A DNA stretch of 64,000 nucleotides from Eledone cirrhosa. Its lineage: Eukaryota. The stretch covers positions 235,414,001 through 235,478,000 of the forward strand of contig OZ024741.1 in assembly GCA_964016885.1 (NCBI GenBank). The letters run 5' to 3'. Under the pieces are notes generated by a model. It had not been told where the DNA came from. It ran no database searches and saw only the letters and a program-made list of their open reading frames with translations. The translations under genes were made by a program, and so were the position numbers. Shown here piece after piece: positions 1 to 10,370 of this stretch (position 1 is its first letter; the number at the start of each line of letters is the position of its first letter).

Positions 1-83
1 GTGGTGTGGATGGGGTGGGGGTAGTGGGATGGGGTGTATTTTGTTAGAGGTGCCTACTGACTGTAGTAGGTTTCACTTTGTAC

Positions 84-742
84 TCAGGTAAGGCGGGTCT
101 TCTCTATTATTGAGTACCGCCAAAGATCTCGGTCCAGTGACATTGTCTTGGAGAGGTGTAAGTGTGTGAGGTCGGAATTTATCAAGTCGTCCCAGGTTTT
201 TCTGGATCTGCCTACTCCGTGGCTACCGTCTATTTTTATTGCCCTGCACTTTTTTATACAGCTGTCGTCTTTCATGCGCATCACGTGACCATACCAACGT
301 AGTCTTCTCTCGAGTAAACAACATCTGATACCTCTTATTTCTAATTTCTCCCTTAGTACGTTTATGCTTTGCCGTTCACGTATGTTACTATTACACATCC
401 AGCGGAGCATGCAAGCTTCGTTTCTCTCCAGTCTGCGTATATCCTCTGCACACAATGCCCAGGTCTCACTGCCATGTAACATTGCTGTTCGTATGCAGGC
501 ATCATACAGCCTGCCTTTCATTTCTAGAGAGAACCCTTTAGCGGCCAATAGTGGTATAAGCTCTCTGAACTTTTTCCATCCCGTTCTGACCCTAGCTACT
601 GTACTTTCAGAGCACCCTCCCCCACTGCTGATTTTATCACCCAGGTAACGGAAGCTGTCCACTATTTCTATAGAACCATCTGTGCAATGGAATGAGTATT
701 CTGTGGGCACTTGTTGCTACTTATTGCACCAGAGCACCGGCC
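84..742 (-). mobile_element. RTE-clade LINE, 3' part of ORF (RT thumb/C-terminus), 5'-truncated
   Basis: ORF 84..710 has the motifs IEIVDSFRYLGD, LYDACIRTAMLHGSETW, ERRLRWYGHVMR and GRSRKTWDD, typical of RTE C-termini. Nearly the same sequence occurs on the + strand at 44480-45186. Confidence 0.9.
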
Positions 743-766
743 ATATATATATATATATATATAATG

Positions 767-1180
767 TAGCATGGCTTAGTGGTTAGAGCATTGGGCTTGC
801 AATCGAAAGGTTGTGAGTTCAATTCTCAGACCGGGTGATGTGCTGTTTCCTTAAACAAGACACTTTATTTCACATTGCTCCAGTTTACTCAGCTGAAGAA
901 ATGAGATGATGGGGACTGGGGTCCCTATCATTCCACTGCGAAGTGCTCGCGGAGGTGCCACAGCAAAAAAGCACACTGTAAACTGGACGTGTAGGAAAAA
1001 AAATAAAAGCACCCAGTACTCACTGTAAATGAGGTTGGTGTTAGGAAGGGCTGTAGAAATCAAGCCAGAATCAGTTCCTGTATGAGCAAGAGAAGGTCAG
1101 CCAACCGGACACTGCCCACAATAGGACAACCCGTCTAACCCATGCTAGCGTGGAAGAACGGACGTAAAACGGTATGATGA
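767..1180 (+). mobile_element. tRNA-derived CORE-type SINE, long-tail subfamily
   Basis: A box TGGCTTAGTGG, B box GAGTTCAATTC, CORE-like CCTT..CAAGACACTT...CAGTTTACTCAGCTG.AGAAATG, and a tail ending CCCATGCTAGCGTGGAA..ACGGACGTAAAACGG(TGA)n. Confidence 0.85.
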
Positions 1181-1199
1181 TATATATTATATTATATTA

Positions 1200-2070
1200 C
1201 TAGCAGTGGTACCTGGCGTTGCACGGGATAAGGTATTTTGGAAGACCTAATCGTGGATAAACTGCATGCCTGGACAATATGTAAAGAAAATAAACCAAAT
1301 ACTCTGATGGCTGGATAATCTTTAAGATTTTCCTCGATGAAGCAGGAAAAATGCAGGTTTTCACCTAATGCAGGCCCTAGGGGATCAAGAAAATGATTTT
1401 TTTTATGTGCATAATATGCCTTGAAATTTCGGGAAAATCAGCTAGACGTACGCCTCCAAAAAGCTCTAAAAAGCTGAAAAAAATGAAATTTTTCACCTAA
1501 TGCGGTCCCTAGGCCATAAAAAAGTTGGATTTTCTTTGCTCACGGTATGAAGAAGACTGACTAATACATAGTTACAATTTCAAGGAAATCGGTCTGACGT
1601 AACGCCTCAAAAAAACCCTAAAAAGCTTAAAAATGCAGTTTTTCACTTAATGCAGGCCCTAGGAGATTATGTGCATAACACTCCCTGAAACATAATACAC
1701 ATGTAAAGTTTAAAAAAAAATCTGTTGGGTAATTCTCGAGTTTTAGGGATTCAAACTCACAGACACACACAGACATCGTCAGGGAAGTAATGTAATGCAG
1801 ACAGCCTGACACACAGACAGATATTATAAGGGCGCGACGTTATATGTATGTATCTATCTAAAAAGAGAAAGACTAAGAATTATAGAGAGAGATCGCTAAA
1901 TCGCCTAATGTGGTCCCTAGGGCATTGAAAATTTGCTCCGAACACTACCTGAAACATAAGTATTACATGTGTAAAGTTTGAAAACAGTCGGTTGGGTGGT
2001 TCTCGAGTTTTAGGTATTCAAATTCACACACACACAGACAGACATCCTCAGTTTTATATATATATATATA
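1200..2070 (-). mobile_element. Non-autonomous Helitron (Lep1-like architecture)
   Basis: The minus-strand 3' end reads CCCGTGCAACGCCAGG-TACCACTG-CTAG|T (subterminal hairpin plus CTAG). The other end has TATATATAAAACTGAGGATGTCTGTCTGTGT. An internal subrepeat CACCTAATGC.G.CCCTAGG occurs at about 1361, 1493, 1642 and 1903. Confidence 0.7.
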
Positions 2071-2347
2071 TATATATATGAAATCCACACAGCTTAAGCT
2101 GATCGGACTCCCATGTGCTTGTTTTTTCCTATCTTTGCGTTGCTATCCTTCTATGTTTGTTTACTTGTCTCGCTCGCTTTACGCGATTTACTTGTCCCAA
2201 TAGCTTTATTTAGCTATTGCTCGCACCAACTGGAGGTATATGATTTTTAAAGCGATGAAATACCAATGAAGGTTGGAAAATCACTGATAAAGGACTATTT
2301 TTACCATATGTAACCCATGTGCAACCACGCAGCACTTCATTCTCCTC

Positions 2348-2399
<52 letters not shown>

Positions 2400-2491
2400 G
2401 ACTAAGGACCGTGACAAGTGGAGAGATGCTGTGCTGAATAGGACCTGTCCAACCCTTGCAAGCAGGGAAAAGTGGCAGTAAAATGATGATG

Positions 2492-2531
<40 letters not shown>

Positions 2532-3133
2532 TCAGAGAGATTATAATTTAAATAACAGAGAGGTGTTAAGAGGATAAAATGACAGCAGTAGATATGGTTG
2601 ATAAATACCACTGTTAGAGCCAGTGTGGAAAGTCAGCAATGTTTATATATTTGTTGTATGTAAGTATGTGTGTGTGTGTTTATGTGCAAATGTATACACA
2701 AACGCACACATTTAGCTGTTGTTGTTATATAGGTGAACTATGTATGTAGGTGACCTGTGTTTCATGTAGTGTGTGTGTGTATGTGTCTTATGCATTCAGA
2801 TTACTAGATGTAAGTGTGATTATGTAGTGTTTATGGGTAGTTGACCATGCAAATAGGCTGCTGTATGTATGTAGGTGTTTACTTATTTACATATGCGAAT
2901 GTAAGTGTAAAATGTGTGTAGATGTATATATATATATATATATATAGGAAAAGAGTCAGGACCCCAAAGGCTGAGCTCCAGCCGTTTCGACAGCTAGCTA
3001 GACCCTAAATATCAAGTACTCTGGTGCATTATGGTCCACCTGGTTTCTTACCACAGTTTCTTTGTTACATATATATATAGTAAGCTACATGTCTATACAT
3101 ATAGATCACTGTATGCATGTGTGATTACATGCA

Positions 3134-3173
<40 letters not shown>

Positions 3174-3174
<1 letters not shown>

Positions 3175-3520
3175 GGAGGCACTTGGTTTAGTGGTTAGAG
3201 CATTGGCCTTGCAATCGAAAGGTTGTGAATTCAATTCTCAGACCGGGTGATGTGTTGTTTCCTTGAGCAAGACACTTTATTTCACATTGCTCCAGTTTAC
3301 TCAGCTGTAGAAATGAGATGATAGGGACTGGGTTCCCTATCATTCCACTGCAAAGTGGACGTGTAGGCGCCACGGCAAAAAAGCACCCAGCACTCACTGT
3401 AAATGAGGTTGGTGTTAGGAAGGGCATCCAGCTGTAGAAATCAAGCCAGAATCAGTTCCCGTCCCACCCTTGCAAGCAGGGAAAAGCAGACGTAAAATGA
3501 AATGATGATGAAATGATGAT
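3174..3520 (+). mobile_element. tRNA-derived CORE-type SINE, short-tail subfamily
   Basis: Full copy with A/B boxes, CORE-like block and tail CCCACCCTTGCAAGCAGGGAAAAGC.GACGTAAAATGAAA(TGA)n; flanked by (TA)n. Confidence 0.9.
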
Positions 3521-4526
3521 ATATATATATATATGGGCTTGTATGTATAGGTATGATTAAGTAATAAGGACTAACTAAATGAATGTGCATGTATGTTAGT
3601 GCTTGTGTTTGTGAGTGAATGTGTGTTAGCAGCTGTGTCTATGGCAGCACATCTATGTAAATATATAGGTGTATGTGTATCTCAAAGCGTATGTGTGCAT
3701 GTATGCATCTATGACCACAGGTACTGCACTCTTAACTACGTTGGGAAGAGGTGAGGAAGGAAGAGAGGAGGTATCAACCACAATGACCACCAACCACTTT
3801 GCGCTAATCCCAAATCCATGGGATTTTCATAGATGCCAGATAAAGTATGAAGCCAAGCCATTTAACTGTCATCCTGGTATACTGAATCAGGGTTATCAGA
3901 TTAATTTCATATAAAGTAGCACAAAACGTTTAAAACATAGCAGATTGTGTTAGCAAATAGCCCAGAATGATAATTTTCATCATAAATTTATAAACCTAGC
4001 AGAGGCAATTGAACAGAGACAATCTAGGGTTTGGGAGGATTCTCCAATCTGGACAAACATGTGACAACCTCTCTAGTGCTGGTGTCATGATAAAATGCAC
4101 TCAACAGATTTTGTAAAGTGGTAGTGTTGGTACCATGAAATACACACTTGTGACATTATACTGTTGTCATCCTTTGCCCCACCTATTATCACTTTGCCAT
4201 GATATCATATTCATTGTCTCTACCCCCATACTTTCCTCCCCATAGGGAAGAGAGGGCACCTCAGTTGAGTAAATGACTGACAAGCTCGCTAGTGCTGGTG
4301 CCACGATAAAGGTGGTTGGTGGTTGGTAGTAGTAAGGGAATCTAGCAGTAGAAAACCTGCCAAACAAAAGGTAGAGAGGACTATAAAATGCCTGGTGCAT
4401 TCTGTAGAGTAAGGGAATTATGTAAACAAGATTGAGAAATGAGTGGTTCCGATTAATTACTGACTTGCTTTATGACAACTCATCCAATCCTTGCTAGCAG
4501 GAAAAACGGATGTTGTGTGCATGTGT

Positions 4527-4866
4527 ATCATCATCATCATCATTTCATTTTTACGTCCGCTTTTCCCTGCTTGCAAGGGTGGGACGGGAACTGATTTTGG
4601 CTTGATTTCTACAGCTGGATGCCCTTCCTAACACCAACCTCATTTACAGTGAGTGCTGGGTGCTTTTTTTGCTGTGGCACCTCCACGACCACTTTGCAGT
4701 GGAATGATAGGGACCCCAGTCCCTATCATCTCATTTCTACAGCTGAGTAAACTGGAGCAATGTGAAATAAAGTGTCTTGCTCAAGGAAACAACACATCAC
4801 CCGGTCTGAGAATTGAACTCACAACCTTTCGATTGCAAGGCCAATGCTCTAACCACTAAGCCATGT
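4527..4866 (-). mobile_element. tRNA-derived CORE-type SINE, short-tail subfamily
   Basis: Reverse complement of the 3174-3520 family with very few differences. Confidence 0.9.
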
Positions 4867-6029
4867 GTATGTATAAATATATATGAATTACCTGTAGGCA
4901 AGTCCTAATTTACTTAGTTGATAATTTAATGGTATTCAATAAGAAAGTTAATCATATAACTAATACCGTAAACGTTTTTTTTAAAATTATTTTCAAAATG
5001 ATTTGAAAATAATAGGTAGTGTTTTTCATTGCTATCATGAAAAGTAGCATAATCTACTTGTAGTCCCAATCTGGCAACCTTTTTCTGGTTTATGCTAAAT
5101 TTTCATCAACCCACTATACTTTACATGTATCATGTTCATGGACCAGTTATACTCCACCATAGAAGTTTAGCAAGCTATACTATCACCAATGATTAAAACC
5201 TCCTACGAGATGAAACCTCATGGGAGGTCAATAAACTTATGCTTGTCACAAATAAACAGCAAATTCATATCCCAGTCAGGGGTCTAATAAGTTCAGTGCT
5301 TTGAATTTGCTGTCCCCATGCCAGGGTATGGGAGGGGTCTCTTACACATGGTTGATTAGCCTGCAAGAAATCTACAACAAAATCTCACACAAACCACACT
5401 ATCATCTTGAAACTGGAAGGACACATTGAATAATATGTCTGAATAAAGGGCAAGGTAGCCATGGCTGAAATGCTTTTCATCATAGCTCTACATGATCAAG
5501 CCTGACCTTGGGTCAAACACCACCACCACAATCACCACAGACAAAACTAAATAGTAACTATAGGAGAATTTGTTGGAGACTCCCATAAGTTCAACTGCTG
5601 AAAAGTAGATCTCAGATCTTAGATCCCAGATTTTAACTAAAGCAATAACTACATTAACCTCAATAGTGGAAGCCTTCATTTGGCAAGAGAGCACAAGAGT
5701 GACATGCTTGTTACAAAGATATATGCATCTAGAAACACAAACTTCGGGCTGTGAGAAGATATTACAAGTGATTGCACTGAACAGAAGCTGGAAATAAGTG
5801 GATTTTAAAAAGAGAACAGAAGCTGAAGCTTGCTGCTGAAGATAAACACCAAGACAACACTGCATTGGTGAACATTACTTTTAACTGTAGTTGCTGTAGT
5901 TGGGTCTGTCACTTCCCATGTTGGCTGCTACAGCCACAGCCGCTTAGCAAACATAGTTGGTCAACACCAACATTATATATACATCAGTTTGTCAACACTA
6001 ACATAATATATATATATATATATAAATAA

Positions 6030-7058
6030 AGGGTCTCAAAGTCAACCCAAACATGGAAGCAGGGACTAGAAAGAAAGGGTCTCAAAGTCAACCTGACAAA
6101 AACTAAGGTTCTTGTAAGTAGACGAGAAAACAAAACCCAGATCCTCTCAGGGAAATGGCCTTGCTCAGTATGTAGGAAAGGTGTAGGTAGGAACTCCATC
6201 CTCTTCCCCAAATGCAAACAATGGGTACACAAGAGATGTAGTGGGATCTCAGGAAGCTTAACTAAGAATGTAGGCTTCATATGTAGCAGCTGTGCTGGGA
6301 CAGCAAGCAGCAAACGGCCACAGGAAACAAGAACCACCAAACTCTGGGAGGGCTCTGTAGAAACAGTAGACAGCTTCTGCTACCTAGGTAACCGAATTAG
6401 CAGCGGAGATGGGTGTTCAGAAAATACAATAACTAGGGTAAGAACGGGATGGAAGAAGTTCAGAGAGCTACTGCCACTGCTAGCTGCAAAAGGCTTTTCT
6501 TGCATGCTCCGATGGATGTGTAATAGTAATATATGCGAACGGCAAAGCATAAACGAACTTACGTAGGTTACATTGGTATGGGCATGTGATGCGTATGAAG
6601 GATGACAGCTGCATAAAAAGGTGCAGAGCACTAGAAGTCAATGGAAGCCGCGAAGTGGGGAGACCCAAGAAGATCTGGGATGAGGTGATAAAAGCCGACC
6701 TTACCCAATTGCACCTCTCAAGGGCGATGACACACGCCCGTGACCTCTGGCTTCATGCAATAATACAGAAGGCCTCACTTCCCACAGGAACAAGCCGAAG
6801 CTGAAGCATATAGACAATATGCCCCCACCCCCTCCAAAGTGGTCGTGCCACGGCAAAAAAGCACCCAGCCCACACTGTAAAGTGAACATGTAGGCGCCAC
6901 GGAAAAAAGCACCCAGCGCTCACTGTAAATGAGGTTGGTGTTAGGAAGGGCATCCAGCTGTAGAATCAAGCCAGAATCAGTTCCTGTATGAGCAAGACAA
7001 GGTCAGCCGACTGGACACTGCCCACAACAGAACGGATGTAAAACGATGATGATGATGA
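6030..7058 (+). mobile_element. RTE LINE 3' fragment with internal deletions, including its 3' UTR and (TGA)n tail
   Basis: Translates to KGLKVNLTKTKVLV..GKWPCSVCRKGVG..VETVDSFCYLG..VRTGWKKFREL and ..WYGHVMRMKDDSCIKRC..GRPKKIWDEVI (stop at 6804). It continues into sequence shared with the SINE 3' half. Confidence 0.85.
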
Positions 7059-7640
7059 AAGTTGTATTCCTGTCTGTTTGTTCACGAACTACACCTATGG
7101 TTTTGAAGATAGACACCCATAACCATATATATTCTGAAACTACATTGCCCAGGGTACTTGGATAAGTATATTTCATTTTAATCAAGCCCCTACTGAAAAT
7201 GTTTTCCCTTCAATTAATATGAAATTTAAACCATAGGTAAATGACAAGATATGATGCCTATTAACAAAATTTCAGCAAATTTCAATAATATTAAAATGCC
7301 CTAATGGGGATTAAACCCCCTATTAGGGTTCCCTGGAGGCACAAACCCCTGCTGAAAATGTTTTCCCTTCGATTTATATGAAATTTAAACCATAGGTAAA
7401 AGTTTTGAATTGATATTTTGAAAAAAATGATTTACAAGAAACACAATAAGAATAAGATTTAATAATGTAATTTTGATTTGATATATTACAAAAAATAATG
7501 TTTCCAATTTTTCATGCATTACATTTTACATTGAGTAATATTGAAATGCAGAGTTTTTCTCCATAAATTATATCACTGATTTAAAATCAACCATCATTTT
7601 CTTACAAAAAAAATGTGTGAAACGCAGGTAATTCGGCTAG
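7059..7640 (+). mobile_element. Non-autonomous Helitron remnant
   Basis: 3' end GTGTGAAACGCAGGTAATTCGG-CTAG|T (degenerate hairpin plus CTAG); internal duplication CTGAAAATGTTTT..GAAATTTAAACCATAGGTAAA. Confidence 0.5.
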
Positions 7641-8427
7641 TATATATATATATAATTGGTCAATATTTACATAATATATATACCAGTTGGTCAACAGCAA
7701 CATAATATAACCACCAGCACTACCACTTTACAGTCCACACTGTAAAATGGTAGTGCTGATGTCACAAAAAAAGCACCGTTCACACTGTCAGGTGGTGGTG
7801 GTGGTACTGCAACCCATCTAACCCATGCAAGCATAGAAAATAGCCGTAAAACAGTAATGACAAAGATTTATTTATATATATATATAAACATGAAGTACAA
7901 GTCAACAGGTTATAATTGACTTACATTTCATGTTTATAAATATACTCGAGTCAAGAAACGCACTTATATACTTCGTCGAGTGCTCTATCCTGCATACTGA
8001 AGTGTCAATGATAAACTAACACATACTCTAATTATATACATATATTTGAAAGTAAGATTTTTTTTTTAATATACCTCTTACAGGTAAAAATATAGGAAAA
8101 AGATGGAGAGATGTGTGGATAAGGTGACTTGTAACGGCATAGTCACACATCTTTCCATGAAAAAGTACATAAAGTTACAAATATTTTACTAAAATCACCT
8201 CTTAATCTTGATTATCTCTTCATATGATTTAATAGAAAATATTAAAAAAGGGTTTGTAATTTACATGTTTATAGTATCTTTACTAGTGGACAAATTGTTA
8301 TGAAAATCAGCAGTATAAGAGCAAGACCTTCAATTTTTAATGGAATGCAATTATAGTGGTGCTTTGTACTTCTCAAGAATGTCTTACCGACATTGTTTCA
8401 TGTAGTTCAGGTATTTAAAAAATGAAT

Positions 8428-8650
8428 ATTAATTTCTAATTTAGGCACAAAGCCAGCAATGTTTTAGGGAGAGAGAGAAGCAAAGTTGAATAAATTAAAT
8501 CCAGTATTTGACTAGTATTTTAATTGATCCCAGAAGGATGAAAGACTAAGTTGGCTATAGCGGAATTTGATCTTAGAATGTAAAGAGCCAGAACTAATAC
8601 TGCAATGGCATGTTATCCCATACCCTACCAATTCTGCCAATCCACCACCC
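8428..8650 (-). mobile_element. Second, older SINE-like family (degenerate)
   Basis: Reverse complement of 40998-41215 (GGTGGTGGATTGGCA.AATTGGTAG...GTTCAAAT.C...CTTTCATC...CCTAAATTAGAAATTAAT); further pieces at about 12945-13170, 24180-24250 and 42320-42470. Confidence 0.6.
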
Positions 8651-9439
8651 TTATATTAAGAGTTAATATTAAAATATGAAACCTCTAGATAATCTATTTA
8701 TAAAAAAAATAGAGAGAATGGGTTAATGTTTTAATTAGTACACTACCAAAACATGGACTCAAGCACGATAGCCATGGGATGGTCCCTGCTGAGTGAATTC
8801 TAGAAGAAAGCCTTCAATGACTAACACTACCCTTCACACTCAACCACATACTCCACCTCTTTCTACCACCACTGCTACATTATAAGTTGATATTCAAGTC
8901 ACACCCTTTAACAATTTCAAGCTCCCAGATCATCAAGTGAAGTGAAATGATCATGTTCCACAGATCTCAGCCCATTTTTCATTGAAAAGGGGTGGAAGGG
9001 TGCTTAAATGCTCCATTTACATTGCTAGGTAGCATGGTAGTTTACTAGACACAGGGACATGGAGGAGGAGGGAGGGAGGGGTAAGAGAAAGAAAGAGAAG
9101 GGTGGGGGTTAATCTAGCTCTCTCTTTATATATGACTCTTTATCACAGCAGGCTACTGGGTAAAGTTTCCATAATGATAAAAGGGGTCCTCCATAGAGAA
9201 TTTAACAATTGTGGAAGGAGTGGGGTGGTTCATGGGTGAAAGAGGATGGTGGTGAGTGGGAGTGAATTGGAGTGTAGGTGGGTGATGGAGGACTTGAGGG
9301 AGAAAGGTCTTTGAAAGAAATGCAAGAGAGGGAGTGAATAGTAAATTAGTAGGGATTAAGGGGGAGTAGATGGGAGTGGGTAGAATAGGGGTGGCAGTAA
9401 CTATGGGGAATATGGGGCTAGATGATGGTTGGGGTATAG

Positions 9440-10370
9440 AGGTCAGGGTGGGTGTGGAGTGAAGGACAGGTGGGGTGGGTGTTGAGGACAGGTTGTGTGT
9501 GGAGTGGAGGACAAGTGGGTATGGGGGAACGGGGTGGGGTGGGGAGGCCAGGGTGTGAGTGGAGGACATGGTGGGTGTGGAGGACATGGTGGTGTGTGGA
9601 GGACAGGGTGGGTGTGGAGGACAGGGTGTGAGTGGAGGACAGGGTGTGAGTGGACAAGGTGTGAGTGGAGGACATGGTGGGGTGTGGAGGACAGGGTGGG
9701 TGTGGAGGACAGGGTGTGAGTGGAGGACAGGGTGTGAGTGGAGGACATGGTGGGGTGTGGAGAACATGATGGGGTGTGGAGGACAGGGTGGGTGTGGCAG
9801 ACAGGGTGGGTGTAGAGGACAGGGTGTGAGTGGAGGAAGGGTATGAGTGGAGGACAGGGTGTGAGTGGAGAACATGGTGGGGTGTGGAGGACAGGGTGGG
9901 TGTGGCAGACAGGGTGGGTGTAGAGGACATGGTGGGTGTGGAGGACAGGGTGTGAGTGGAGAACATGGTGGGGTGTGGAGGACAGGGTGGGTGTGGCAGA
10001 CAGGGTGGGTGTAGAGGACATGGTGGGTGTGGAGGACAGGGTGTGAGTGGAGAACATGGTGGGGTGTGGAGGACAGGGTGGGTGTAGAGGACATGGTGGG
10101 TGTAGAGGACATGGTGGGTGTGGAGGACAGGGTGTGAGTGGAGAACATGGTGGGTGTGGAGGAGAGGGTGGGTGTGGCAGACAGGGTGGGTGTAGAGGAC
10201 ATGGTGGGTGTGGAGGACAGGGTGTGAGTGGAGAACATGGTGGGTGTGGAGGAGAGGGTGGGTGTGGCAGACAGAGTGTGAGTGGAGGAGAGGGTGGAGG
10301 TGAAGGGCAGGGTGAGGGTGGAGGACAGGGTGGGTGTGGGGTGGATGATAGGGTGGGTGTGGGGTGGAGG
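9440..10370 (+). repeat. G-rich minisatellite, 18-19 bp unit GGAGGACA(G/T)GGTG(G/T)G(T/A)GT
   Basis: About 45 tandem units with variant blocks (GGCAGACA, AGAGGACA, GGAGAACA) that recur in a higher-order pattern. Confidence 0.95.

Noticed and set aside
3180-3250. tRNA gene
   Set aside because: Has A/B boxes but no acceptor stem; it is the SINE head and is repeated many times.
7714-7760. 20-bp hairpin CAGCACTACCACTTTACAGT..ACTGTAAAATGGTAGTGCTG
   Set aside because: Explained by head-to-head fragments of the SINE/RTE internal module.
9142-9165. miR-2-like seed TATCACAGC
   Set aside because: No complementary 5' arm upstream, and the rest does not match miR-2.
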